Of a stretch of DNA of 64,000 nt, positions 13,159-25,490 are shown piece by piece. Positions within the stretch are counted from its first letter, which is position 1. Each line of letters starts with the position of its first letter. The DNA lies in the NCBI GenBank assembly GCA_010093705.1, contig MU006092.1, forward strand, positions 874,623 through 938,622. The letters are read 5' to 3'. Under the pieces are notes generated by a model. That model saw nothing but the letters and a program-made list of their open reading frames with translations. It did no database searches and had not been told where the DNA came from. A program made the translations under genes and the position numbers. Origin of the DNA: Patellaria atrata CBS 101060. Its lineage: Eukaryota.

Positions 13159-14475
13159 TCAGCGAGGAACCTTGAGTAAAGCCTCGAGTTCTTTCCCTCC
13201 TTTCCCTTTAGGTTTTCCTTCTATGGTACAATCTAGAATCCTAAGGTATCTCGACCGCTTATCGCATGTCTTCATGTACAACCCGGTAATACCTGTTGAA
13301 GTTGAAGCCCATGCGAACAAGTTCCCCGGAATATAGTTCAATCCATCTAATTCTTGGATGATCCGAGGATCTAGGGCCTCTTCTACAGCATGATATATTA
13401 TTCTGACCGGTGCTGCGCGTGATTTCTTACCAGAAGTCTCGAGACATTTGTTGTATGTATCCGTATCCCACAAGGAACCTAGGACTCGAAGGTACCGCAG
13501 GATCTTTTCGGCACTCCAGGTTGTCCAGTCGACTTGTTTATCGCCGGACGTAATTTTAGGAGCGTGGGTAAATTCGACCCCAGAGGAATCGCCTTGGAAC
13601 CAGCCGAGATCTTGGAGCGGCGGTACGAATAGACTCTCCCTGAGAGTTTGCACGAGCATGTCTCCACCGATAGGCGCCAGGTTTGCTTCAAGCTCAGCTG
13701 CGCTAAAGTTTTCACTACCGGTTACGTCGAAACCCGGATAGGGTGTTTGGGCTAGTATTACGCCATGATCGAATCGTTTGGGGTGGAGAGTCTGGACTGA
13801 TATACCGAACTTCCTGTCGCCTCGGAGTAGAGCATGATGTATGGGCGCAGCACCGCGTAGACTATATCAATCAATACAGTCCTGTGTATCGTGCACTAAA
13901 TGACTTACTCGGGAAGGAGGGATGGATGGACGTTTAGGCCGCCATACTTTGCACCGTTGAGGATTCGGGGTGGGACGAATAGGCCGAAGGAGACGGCAAT
14001 TATGAGGTTTATGTTTTCGTCATGGACCTTAGGAGGCTTAGGAAGCACCAATTAGATTTAAGATTGTGTTGACAGACGCGGCGCATGTTTACGTACAGTC
14101 CAACCCGTAAAAGTATCTATTTTGTGTACTGGAAGCTCAAGTTCTTGGGCCGCATGTTTGATTGGAACTCCAGCGCGGTCAGTGGAAGCAAAAGCAGTAT
14201 TGCGGAGGTCTTTCACCCTCGCGTATCTGTTTCAGACCTCTCCCCGTACGTTTCCCTGGTCTACAAACTACATCGATCGAGGCAATTGTGTCTGGTCTAG
14301 CTATATGCTCGTGGTGGACAGCTCGTAAGGACGCGATGCTAAAATCGTCGGAACCGCAGAACAAGATTCGTAACGGATCCACTTCGCGTGTGCTGTAGCA
14401 TCGCCGGAAGAGGAAATTTGACTTCAATCGGTTAAAAGAGCGGACGGGAAGTTGGAGCTTCCTACATAATGTCAT
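13159..14475 (-). CDS. FMT1: Mitochondrial methionyl-tRNA formyltransferase; 4 exons
   Basis: Arg-rich presequence; PLRILFCGSDDFS; IIAVSFGLFVP; GGLNVHPSLLP|DLRGAAPIHHALL; QTLHPKRFDHG; THAPKIT. Confidence 0.9.
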
Positions 14476-14771
14476 GGTAGTTAATGGAGAGCTTGAGAGT
14501 TTGATTCTCAAAATAAACCCCCGCGGAAGTGATCGCCGAGCCGAGCCGCAGAAGCTTGATCTATTTGACGTATTGTGCTCCGTAACGTAACATATCTTGC
14601 AGCTAAAAAGCGACGATAACGGATTCATATCTTCACGAACTGAAGCGATGACAGTCATACGGCCCATGTCAACATCCTCTTCTCGTTGTTTGAGGGCTTC
14701 TACCTTAGCATGGTAACAAGTACCCTCGTCACCGCCGACGTGATTACCACATATGATCATCAACGGATTCA

Positions 14772-17295
14772 ATGTCCTCCAGCGAAGAGAAGCTGGCTAA
14801 GGTCATACCTGCCCAGCTCTCAAGTCTGGTAATTTATAATCCATCTCTGGGACCTACGGATGAGACCTTTCAGGACCAACTAGTGTACTACTACACTAAG
14901 GATGGAGAATCTAAGAAGAAAACTGGCGATGATGATAAGCAAGAGCAGAAGGATAAGATTAACGAAATTCTACGCCAGATAGGACTCGCACAGGGTATGT
15001 TAAACTTTGCGAGGAGCTTTTCCAACGGTCAAGATGTGGATTCTGTGGACACGGAAAAGTCAAGGGTTGTGATCCATGAATTGGAAAAGGGTTGGTGGAT
15101 ATTAGCAGTGAGTTGTATTTGATCGCGTAGTAAATTCAATTTCTAGTTTTTATTCTTATTCAAATGAATAGTGCATAAGTCTTACCCAATTGCCTGCTAC
15201 GTCTCCCTCCACACCAGCATCAGGTTCCTCACGTAGGCAAGTAGAGTACTCCTCTAGAGAAGTGGCCCCTACACCCCTATTACTTCAACATCTACTTCGG
15301 GCCCATCGCATATTTCTCCTCCACCATGGTTCATCCTTAAGCGACCTATTTGGAAGACAAGTAAGGACAAAATTTTGTAATTTGCTGGAGAAGTTCTGGA
15401 ACCGTTTTGCAAGAAGTTGGGACGTACTCCTTCATGGTAGCCCTGCAGTAGATATCTACGGAGCCACCAAACTTGCTACTAGTGGAGAGCTCGGTATAGG
15501 GGTAGGAGAGGAAGAGTGGGGCAGTGGTGAGCGTGAAGTGCTCGAGGATTTTACTGCCCGAACAGAAGGTTTGGTTGATCTGGTCGTGTCACGATTTGGG
15601 CAACCTTCCGCTGAGCAGTTAAAGTTGCCCAAAAATATACTTGGAACTACCTTACCATCTGATATCTACGAAGGTGTGGATCCCTGGATGTGTAACGGTG
15701 AATGTCCTGGTGCGCACGATGGAGTAATATTTTCTGGGAACGGTGCGTTATCCCGCTCATCTTTAAAAGATATCTCGAGTTGGTTAGAATGGATATATAT
15801 GTACGGTGAAAACGCATATGGTGTGAGGGAAAATCCTACGTCTAACAGGAAGAAACGGAGGCAGCGAAATATAAAAAGGACAGAGAGCAAGACAAAGGGT
15901 CCACAACATGGTCGACGGGTATCAAGCAACGCTGTTCCAATAGGGAAGATTTCGAGCGCAGCATCTACACCTGGGATACCGCCTCCTATTGTGTCTGCCG
16001 CTCAAAGATCACTAGAGCAGGCAACTTCAGCGGCAGATAATGACCAATCTGCACCATCATCAAACCCGTTTGCGGCTATTGGAGATGCTGAGACATGGAA
16101 GAAGGTCATAACACTTGGGTACGGATCAGCTTGGGGCGGGAAGCGACCTCCTCCTTTTCGTCAGCCCACATATCAATCAATGATTGAAACTCCAGGAACT
16201 GAAGAGCCTATAATGCAATATCTAGAACCGGAACCAGACGTGAATCCTGTTGAACAACGTCTAAGGATACAGGTTATTGAAGAGAACGTAGGCCACTTTA
16301 TAATCGGCCTTAAAGGAGACCTTGAGGACGACGAGGACGACAAGGACGAGGAACGACATGAAAATATGGAGGAAAATTCTGGCTGGAACAGTCGCACCTT
16401 ACTCAGAACATTACACGTAGAGCTCATGGATAAGACATCCGAAGAACCCACGGCAGATATAGACAGTTCAGCTACGCAAATCCCTTCCACGATGTCTACA
16501 CCGTTAGAACGCACCCGACTACGGGTAGTGATATACGTCCATCGCCCTTTTATCTACGCCTTCTTATTCAACCCTCGGACGGAATCCCTTTCTATCCCCT
16601 CTTTTTACCGTCAACTCCACACCTACCTATCTCCTCTCCATCGCCCTCTCTCCACTTCGACGTCCCCTGAGCGCGTCGCCGCACGCATCGCCGCAGCATC
16701 AAGACCATACACCACACTCCCATCCCAGTCCACAGAAGAGATCCAACCGATCTTTGATCTCGTCTTCGACCCTGTCGCAATGTCAATCCACAGCAGCATC
16801 CCCAACATCCCCGAACCTGGTACTGTGGGTGCCGAGGGACTTTCCGGCGGAGACACAGCGGGGACACCAGGCTGGACCCGTGTCGAGGCTCTCAATGTCC
16901 ATTCTCAGATTCTGGCTACTGTTGCCAGCACCCGTGCCGCTAACGCAAAGGGAGAGATCGAGCGGACCGCGAAGACGAGCAGGGGGTGGTGGATCGTGTG
17001 GATGAGGCTTCCACCTAAGAACCCGAGACTCTCTATAGGATCAGACACGGAAACGGAGACTCCGCGTCAATATTCACCATCTGACCTCCGTGAAGCGTTC
17101 CTGGTGCGTCGTTCACGTGAATCCGTGGGAGGGAAGGCGAGAGCAAGGACTGGGAGCGCGATGTGGCGTCTCGGTGGTGCGGGAGCGGATAAGACTGGTG
17201 GAGCAGCGGCGGGATGGGGTCCTTCGAAGTTGGCCGAGGGCATTGGAGTTGACGCGAGGAAGTACGTTGAGGGTCTGTTGAGCCTGAATAGATAG
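14772..17295 (+). CDS. CCZ1: Vacuolar fusion protein Ccz1 (Mon1-Ccz1 GEF subunit); one intron ~15108-15171
   Basis: IPAQLSSLVIYNPSLG, LRQIGLAQGMLNFARSFS, VIHELEKGWWILA longin-like N-terminus; GIGVGEEEWGSGEREVLE; ERTAKTSRGWWIVWMRL; GIGVDARKYVEGLLSLNR end typical of filamentous-fungal Ccz1. Confidence 0.88.
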
Positions 17296-17558
17296 GAGTG
17301 AATTTCGTGGTTGGAAAGAACTCAGTGAGCATCACTGCCTGGAGAAGAAATATAAGAGTGCTTCTAGAACAAAATGTACCTTATATTATGAAATTGAACA
17401 ATAAAACTGGACTGCCCTGGCTTCACTTCAGCCAATATACGGGTATCTTTCCCTCGACACATCCCCCGCTTTTTTCACGCTCTTACAGATCCCCGCCCTA
17501 CATTTGATAACCAGACTCCCCCGTAAACCTAACCCATTTTCTTCACTTCTCATGATAT

Positions 17559-18506
17559 TTAGAGATCGCAAATCAGATCAAAATCAGGAAATACCGGATC
17601 CGGGCCCAAATTGATCGTCCCTCCACCGCCCTGCGCTCTGAACGCATCAGCATCACTCGGCGCGACGTTCTCAGCGCCGTTCTGCACAGAGATGTCGTCT
17701 ATATCGTCCTCTGGAGGCGCTTGGACCTCGTTCTCATTCTGGTTGACTTGCGGAGGTGGCGTTTGAACGACATTATTCACGGTCTGAGCGGCCTGGCCCT
17801 GATTCTGGTTCTGCTGATTTTGCTGGTCTTGATTTTGCTGCTGATTCTGTTGATCTTGGTTCTGTTGCTGCTGCTGCTGCTGCTGCTGGTCTTGGTTCTG
17901 CTGTTGTTGGTTCTGATTCTGATTTTGGTTCTGGTTCTGATTCTGATCTTGCCCTTGGTTTTGATTGTTGTTCGCGGCTGGGGGCGCTTGACTGCTTAAG
18001 GCTGCTTTGCAGGCTGTCTTCTGCTGGTCGCAGTCTGTAACTGTGAACCCCCCTTGGTTGTTGTTGTCGTTGGCTGCCTGTTCGGAGAATTCGTGGTTAG
18101 TATGTTACCCTTTCTCCGGCCTCTATTTTATAATATCGTCTGGTAGAACGTACCTGTGCGCATGTGTTGAACTGATTATCGCAAACTCTATTCGCTGCAC
18201 CCTCGAAGTTTGTCTATTGTTCATAAAATATTAGCCCATATCGTCTCAAATATCAACGAACCATTTCTTCCCATATCTACCAGCGGCTAAGGTTGGACAT
18301 ACAAACGTACTCCCTTCCACCGAAAACGGCCTCTTAGCATCTCCTGTATCTGTTATCGCTGGAGCAGCAAAACCGCCGACAGCGCCGCCGAAAGTCTGCC
18401 TTCTAAAGAGGCGGGCTGTCTGCGAAGAGTTTCGTGCTTGAACGGTGAAGGGGATAGTGAGGATGGCTCCTAGGAGGAGAACGAGAGGTATGGGAACAGT
18501 GCGCAT
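17559..18506 (-). CDS. Secreted Cys-containing protein with long Gln/Asn-rich tract; 3 exons (introns 18302-18214, 18153-18078)
   Basis: Signal peptide MRTVPIPLVLLLGAILTIPFTVQA; LFRR|Q dibasic site; RPFSVEGSTF|TNFEGAANRVCDNQFNTCAQ|AAN...DCDQQKTAC; QN repeats; ends DFDLICDL; canonical splice sites. Confidence 0.8.
17795..17972 (-). repeat. Imperfect CAG/AAY repeat encoding ~60 aa Q/N tract
   Basis: Plus strand shows repeated ttctgattctggttctg and (ctg)n. Confidence 0.9.
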
Positions 18507-19255
18507 AATGTTCTCTTGGTATCAAGGGAACAGTTTCGATATCAATTGATGGTATAATGGATTTTTCACTTCAGGTGATGTTGGTTTGGTTTGGACTTGG
18601 GGTATGAATATTGAAATGTGGGCATACACGAGATGACATATTGGAAATATCTAATTTAATAGGACTAGTAGATTTTACTACCCCAGACTGAGCATGTCGC
18701 ATGTTTTCGGGACCTCGGTGATGCGTGCTGGGAGGTGATGATATGAGACGGATGTGAAACACGACCAAGATATACACGCTGCGAACATAGGACAACGGAA
18801 TACATATAAAGTACCGCATAGCTAAATAAACTTCCGCTAGGCGTCTTTATATTCGACTGAATGTGTCAATGAACTTGCCTTATAATGCTAACTGAATTTC
18901 GGAGACGTCACAACACGATGCAAAAGAGAGAAGATGGAACATATGAGGAAAAAGTATCTGACAGTTCGAACCTAATCTGATTTGAAGATTAGATACACAT
19001 GTCGAAGAGAACCATCCAAGTCTCCCAAGTGATTATGTCAGAATGCTGACAGATTTATCAGAGCCTTAACTCCCAAGGAGGAACCATATCAACAATGGAA
19101 ACCCAAGAGACGCCTCCGCATGCAATGCAACATGAACCGAGCAGACTATGGAACTCTCTAGACAATATACCAAATTACAATAATTTGAGAAGTTCCCTGC
19201 TACTCCAAGTCATCAATCGTGAATTATGTAAGCGATATGTACGCGAGTCCGGTAC

Positions 19256-20131
19256 TCAGAAATTGGCCGCTGGATTTGTGTTCGCAGGTTGTTCGTGATA
19301 TCTGTCCAACGTGGCCTGGAAAGGCTGTCCCACACTAGATCTCTTATCACGATGTACTGATTCTGACATACCGGTGCCAGAATGTATATCATCATCGTCG
19401 TCCACATTGCGGCGCTTTCTTCCCCAGACCTTCCAAAATGCAATCCCGATACCACCAAGAAGGAGAAGTCCTCCGATACCTCCTACAAGTCCACCAATAA
19501 GAGCCTTCGTCTTGGATTCCATGCCTGAATTTTGTCCACCGTTGTCATCACCGGGCTGAATGAGGGCAGTATGCGTCCCAGTGACAAATCCGGTTGTGAA
19601 GGTTATAGGACGACTAGTGGTAACTTCGACGGGGACAGTGTGGTCGCCGCTGACAGTGAGGATCGTAGTCACAAATACCTGAGCGGAGGTCGACACCAAC
19701 GCCGAGGTGAAGGTGGTTAGTTCGAAAGAGGTAATTGTCGCGGAATCTTCGTCATTGGTATCCTCGCTGGTACTTTCACTTGTAGGTGTAGAAGAAGCGG
19801 GAGAACTGGTAGACGGAGAAGTCGAAGGTGGTGTTGTCGGAGGAATTGTTGACGTAAACGTTGTAGGAGGATTTGGTATGAGAGTTGTGGGTGGTAGAGG
19901 TGGAGTTTCGGTGGTAGTGGGGAGCCCGCCAAATTCCGAAGTTGTGAAGCCCACTGTAGGTGTGGAGGTGGTGATATCGGAAGGATTGTCAAAGGTTGAA
20001 GTTGGTCCAGTTCCTCCAATGACATTATCTTGACGTTTATAGAAGAAACCATCGGCTTCGAATGCGCAAACGATGGTGAGAAGATAGAGGAGAGCGAAAA
20101 GCGGAACGGCAAATTTCCGATTGGCAAACAT
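19256..20131 (-). CDS. Mid2/Mtl1-like single-pass cell-wall sensor
   Basis: Signal peptide, KR site, long Ser/Thr/Pro ectodomain, TM helix ALIGGLVGGIGGLLLLGGIGIAFW, basic stop-transfer RKRR, short tail ending PFQATLDRYH...NPAANF. Confidence 0.8.
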   Translation of the reverse strand: MFANRKFAVPLFALLYLLTIVCAFEADGFFYKRQDNVIGGTGPTSTFDNPSDITTSTPTVGFTTSEFGGLPTTTETPPLPPTTLIPNPPTTFTSTIPPTTPPSTSPSTSSPASSTPTSESTSEDTNDEDSATITSFELTTFTSALVSTSAQVFVTTILTVSGDHTVPVEVTTSRPITFTTGFVTGTHTALIQPGDDNGGQNSGMESKTKALIGGLVGGIGGLLLLGGIGIAFWKVWGRKRRNVDDDDDIHSGTGMSESVHRDKRSSVGQPFQATLDRYHEQPANTNPAANF

Positions 20132-21092
20132 GGTATTTACGGTGGACGGGAGTCCAAACTATAAAACGGAGAATTTTACTTGAATTTGAACCGTCGTGAA
20201 GGTGTTGTCGTAAGCCTGTCGGGGCAGTGAGGGCTGCTCACCCCTTCAGGCTTTCAAGGCGTTCTATGGACAATACGAGCGAGTGACGCCAGGTGATAAA
20301 GGTGTGTTTGGTTGAAGAAAGGCAGAGACAAAGAAGAGAAAAAGGTAAAAGAGGGTGTGTTAAAAAAGCGAGCGACAAGGTTGTAAATTTCTGGATGTGC
20401 TACGGAAGAAAAGAGAAGAAGAAGATTTGCGCGTCACGACATGAAAGTGAGGGTTCACATGCGGATCTTCGAATTAATCTTCACCGCCAATTTAAATAAA
20501 ACCGGCAGAAAGGGCAAACAGGACAGGTCCGCCCTGGAAATTGGGAGGTTTTGGGGGGTTTGATAAGCAAATTCGGGTACAGAACCCCCGGTAGAGCCCC
20601 CGATACTCCGTTGAAATTCCAGAGTACTTGCTCAGGGCGGTGAAGGGCTAATCACAGCTTCGTATCTTATCGCCTGTTATCCAGATACTGTGCGCTTTAT
20701 GCTTAATGAAATACTGTAGCAACTTCTATGTATAATCTTCTGTCTATTAAAGCTAAATAATAATTCCTTGTGTCCTTGTACTAAGAACTACCGATTGCCG
20801 AGCTCTTCATTGATCTTCTCTCCACCAACATGTTGCGGTCTTAGAGCCGCCTGTAACCCTCGCATCAATAGCAAGAAAACTCAAACTTTTGGCTACCACT
20901 GTACTCATAATACATCTTACCCAAACTGCCTGGTTTAAAAGTACACGCGGAGATCTTTTCTTCCTTCGATCGTTGTCGCTCATCAAAATCTTTACTGTCC
21001 AGACCCATAACCTAGGTATGCAGGACTGATCACTTGCATATGACATATAACCCTTCACGTCAATCTCTCCCCTCCCCCAGCCAAAGCCCGTG

Positions 21093-22211
21093 ATGGACTC
21101 CCTTGAGCATCTTCCGCTCACCACCCGTGAGGCTCTCTCCGGCGTCTTCGGTTCCATCTCATTGGCTGCCTGGGTATTCCTGCTGGTACGGCGCCCTTCG
21201 AACTCCAACATATCGCATCACTGATTCAAAGTTCAGGTACCACAACTAATTGAGAACTACAAGCAAGGTTCAGCAGAGGGAATATCACTGACCTTCCTCG
21301 TCGTCTGGTTTATCGGCGATATTCTCAATCTTTCCGGCGCACTGTGGGCCGGTCTCGTTCCCACCGTCGTACGTCAAACCAATCCACTATATCCACCGCG
21401 CTCGCTCATTGTATACTCTGTGCTAACACCACATTCCAGATTGCACTGGCAATCTACTTCTGCTTCGCAGACACGATCCTGATCTCCCAATGCGTCTACT
21501 ACAACAAACTCAACGCCCGCCGCGAGGCCGCCCGCAAACACTCTACCCAATCCTCCACTTCGGAAGACGAACCCCTCCTCAGCCGCCAGTACAGCAATCA
21601 ATATAGCAATATCGGACTTCCTGGTTCGCATCGTCGTGCCTCAGCCGCTTCTCGCCGCAGCCGGGAAAGCATCAGTCGGCCCGACAGCCTCCCATCCATT
21701 ATTGAAGAGGGAGAGGGAAAAGCTTGGATCAAGAATACGTTGAGCATACTCGCCGTTGCTGCTCTGGGGGCCGCAGGTTGGGGGATAGCGTATAAGTCTG
21801 GCGCCTGGACACCAGTCCCCCCTGAGCAGGAAAACGATGAGGATATTGCGGTAGGGGCGCAGATTTTAGGATACGCGAGTGCGGTGTGCTATCTGGGAGC
21901 GAGGATACCGCAGATTATCAAGAATCAGAGGGAAAAGTCGTGTGAAGGGCTATCCTTGCTTTTCTTTATGCTCTCTTTGCTTGGGAATGCTACGTATGGT
22001 GCCGGTGTACGTATTCCCGCTATTGGCGATATGATGTGACGCTGCTAACTAGAATCTCTAGATATTGTTCCATTCGACTGATAGGAAGTACTTTTTGACC
22101 AATGTACCGTGGTTACTCGGTTCCCTAGGGACCATGATCGAGGATGCCACCATTTTCGTTCAATTTAGGATATATGGCGAATCGCCCGCTGCATCAGCTG
22201 CAATTATATGA
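21093..22211 (+). CDS. PQ-loop vacuolar basic amino-acid transporter (Ypq1/Rtc2-like); 4 exons (introns 21186-21236, 21369-21439, 22007-22061)
   Basis: GSISLAAWVFLL|VPQLIENYKQGSAEGISLTFLVVWFIGD and second repeat ARIPQIIKNQREKSCEGLSLLFF; PWLLGSLGTMIEDATIFVQF. Confidence 0.9.
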
Positions 22212-22799
22212 GCTGGACGCAGGAGAATGTTTGACCGGGTGGTACGATTTCGAGTGTTCATGTTTTGATACCCTTCTGAAGGTCCAAGGTACTTCTTCAT
22301 TTAGCTGTCAAAAATTTTCAAACATTTTTCATGATCAAAATTTGTTACTACGGCGTAATGGGCATTTGCTTTCACAACATGCATACGCGCACTATTTTAT
22401 CCTAGGTTCTAAAATGTAAATATGTAGTCAAATCATTTAGTTCTATACTCTCGAGCTGTCTCCCCGTCGAGCCGGCAGTACCCCAATATTCGAGGATTGC
22501 ACAAAGTCCTCTCAAGACAGTCCGCATCAGCTCACGCAGAGAGTACCGAGACGGAGCTTCATGAATTCTATAACCTATATACAATCATATGATACCTCTA
22601 TTGTCGCATGATCCAGTAATCTCACCTCTAGCGTACGTGACGCAAAATACCCTCGTACCATTTTACTTCATCAAGCATGACCCCAATATACATCCGTACA
22701 CCGGGCGTTACCAACTCCACCAAAAAATAACATCTACCTATATACAAGGGAGCGTATAACCATTGAAAGTCGCGCTGTATAACGATTCGGACTCCCCAT

Positions 22800-24343
22800 T
22801 CATATTAGGAACGAAGCAAGCAGTACAAAGAACGAAGCCACAATCCCGGTTTCCCCACTCCTCGACATCGGCACCGCAGCTCCCGTGGAAGTCGGGCGCG
22901 CGGTATCCTCAGCCGCAGGAGCCGTAGCCCCTCCCCGCGTCGTCGTCACCGACCCCATCAAATCGATCACGTGGCCCGTTTCCTCCGCCGTATCCGTCGT
23001 CGCACTCGCGCCTCTATTCATCGTGCGAGACGCCGGTACAGCGATGGACCCTGTATCCGACGGTCCGATCTCAGCCAGAAGCTGACGGGGTTTCTTAACC
23101 CCGAGTCCGATCCTCGCCTCGTCGTAATCGAAGATGGTATACACGTTTTTGAAAAAGACGTCACCGACGAGCCACTGCGCGTCGCCGAAGGTCGTGCGGC
23201 CGATGATGTTACTGTAGCACATGTCGCCCTCGAGGCCGTCGCTGCGGCCGACGTAATCGAGGTGGGAGATGTTGAAGGTGCGACCGCCGAGGACGAAGTG
23301 CACGGTTTGCGTGCTCCGGCAGGGGATTTTGAAAGTTTCGCCGTCGGAGGTGGAGAAGGGGATGAGGGAGTGGAGGGACGCGGCGTCTTCGTGGGGCGTG
23401 AGAATGAAGGATGTGCCTGTGTCGAGGATGATGGTGCGGGAGGGGAGGTGGAGCATGGTGCCGTCTACCCCTGCGGCGTCGAGGGCGATTTGCCAGAATC
23501 CGCGGTCGTCGGTGATTGCGGGGATGTAGGTCAGGTCGTTATCGTATCTGTCCTGGTTGGGTGCGCCGAAGTTCAGCTCGCCGTCGTTTTCACCGTCCGC
23601 GTGGCGTGATAGATGGATCCCGAAGACCTTGTTGGATATCAGATTAGACTCCCGCAGGCTATCGATGACCGTAGGATGTATATCTCCGCTAGTTAGTGTA
23701 TCCGGCCGGGCGAGGGCTAGGATGCCGTCCATTGGATATCTAAGGAAGTCAGATGAGACGTTTGACGCAAGGCCGAAAATCATGGGAGTGGAGAAGCCGG
23801 CAAAGTGGGCGGTATCCTCTGCATAACGACCGCTGACGCTTCCGGTACCATAGACAATCTCAAAAGGGGCATTGGTGATCTGACGTCCCTTGTGAGCACA
23901 CTAGGACATCGAAGGTTAAATCGACCTACAGTCAAAGTATCCGAATCCCCCTCCCCAAAGGTATTATGTGCTTCGCACGCACTGTTTATGCACTCACTAC
24001 CCATTACCCAGCTATTCGACGCTGCAGAATCAATCAGGAGATGATATTCTTCTTCGCTGGACCCGAACTTGAATGATGAGAAATAGGAGAAATCTGTGCC
24101 ATCCTGATCGACACCTATGCTATTCATCTGAGTTGGGGGCTTCGCGCTGATTATATTGAAAATGTTGTCTCTCTTGATAGATGTTCTCCTAAGCGGCACA
24201 GAAAACGTTCCCGTCGGCCCATTTCCATGCTCTTGACGACCACGACGACGTTCTGAACGGGTCAAGTGTGGTAATTCGTAAGGGTAGAACGCCGCTGCAT
24301 AGGGGAGGAACTCGAGTAGCACCGCATAGCTTATAGCCCGCAT
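22800..24343 (-). CDS. Secreted, probably GPI-anchored aspartic endopeptidase (A1, CtsD-like); intron 23929-23880
   Basis: Signal peptide; QDGTDFSYF; LLIDSAASNSWV; flap YGTG; DGILAL; ILDTGTSF; WLVGDVFFKNVYTIFD; Ser/Thr-rich stalk and hydrophobic C-terminus. Confidence 0.88.
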
Positions 24344-25490
24344 GCTAATTAGTAAGGTTCGAAGGTCAACACGGTATCAAGGAGAGAGTAAGATAGGGTT
24401 CCAGATGCTGAAGCTTCACCGGTGAGTTGTGTATCTCATAAAAGCCGGAAGTGAGTATATTCAGTCTAAGTACAAAGCATTGAAGCAGACCTAGACATCG
24501 ATGAACGAAGAAGAGGATAGATATGGGAAATTGGACTTTCTTGGAGGCCGTAAAATAATATATATATTAAACTGCGTTTAATATCGATATGAGCGAATGT
24601 GGATAAGGCTCGAAACGGTAGACCAGACAGTTAAGAGAGAGCTCAGGATACGCTCGAGAAGGAAACAGAGACGAATATATACCAATATGATGTACAAGAA
24701 AGCAAACAGAGAACTTATACGCCCATCCACGACTCAAGGAGGTGGACGAGCCTCTTTGGCACACTCGTGTTGAACTCAGCGGCGGTTCTGAGACGTGTCC
24801 GAAAGGGGCTTGGTTGCCGATTTTGAGATGTTTCGCCAACCAATTGATCGTCTAGGGGTTGCCCTGAGCTGCACCTTTTGAAACGACACACTTGCTTACC
24901 CAGTTACTTCCTGCAAGAGACTGGGTGAGATATGTAGATTCGGGGAGAAATGTTACAATCTCTTTGCCCTCAAGCACTTGATCAAAGGCAAAGGTACTTC
25001 TCCAGTTTCTTCATAAAACCTTACCTTCCCTGTGTTACTGAACTGATCTTATTACGCCAGTAAACAGAAGTGTACAGAAACAGTAGGTTTCAGTCTCCCG
25101 GTACTTGATGAACTATCGAGTGGCAGTCATGTTACAGGGAGGAACAAACTCGCCGGTCAGATAGAGATATCCGCTCTTTCTGCTCTCATGACGATCGGAT
25201 TATATTTTCTTATATCGACATACAATATTACTAAATTTACACGTATACATGCGTGACGAGTGTGCCCATTCCTAATCGAGAGAGGTATTCGCGGAGATCT
25301 TCCATCATAGTAGAGATGCCACTACAACCTCCCGGCAAAATCCATCATGGAGGGCGTTCTTTTCCATTGGAAACGCCTCTCTCTCTGTCATGTCTGAGAC
25401 CATTCGTTTCCCATTCGAATGAATATATCTTCTTCTTCAGTAAAAAAAAATATTCAATACTGTGGTATCATCCTCATTTTAAGGTGCGTG

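Noticed and set aside
17721..17999. Poly-Leu/Ile/Val 'membrane protein' ORF on the plus strand
   Set aside because: Antisense reading of the Q/N repeat
22971..23609. 212-aa antisense ORF within the aspartic protease
   Set aside because: Codon-bias shadow of the real minus-strand gene
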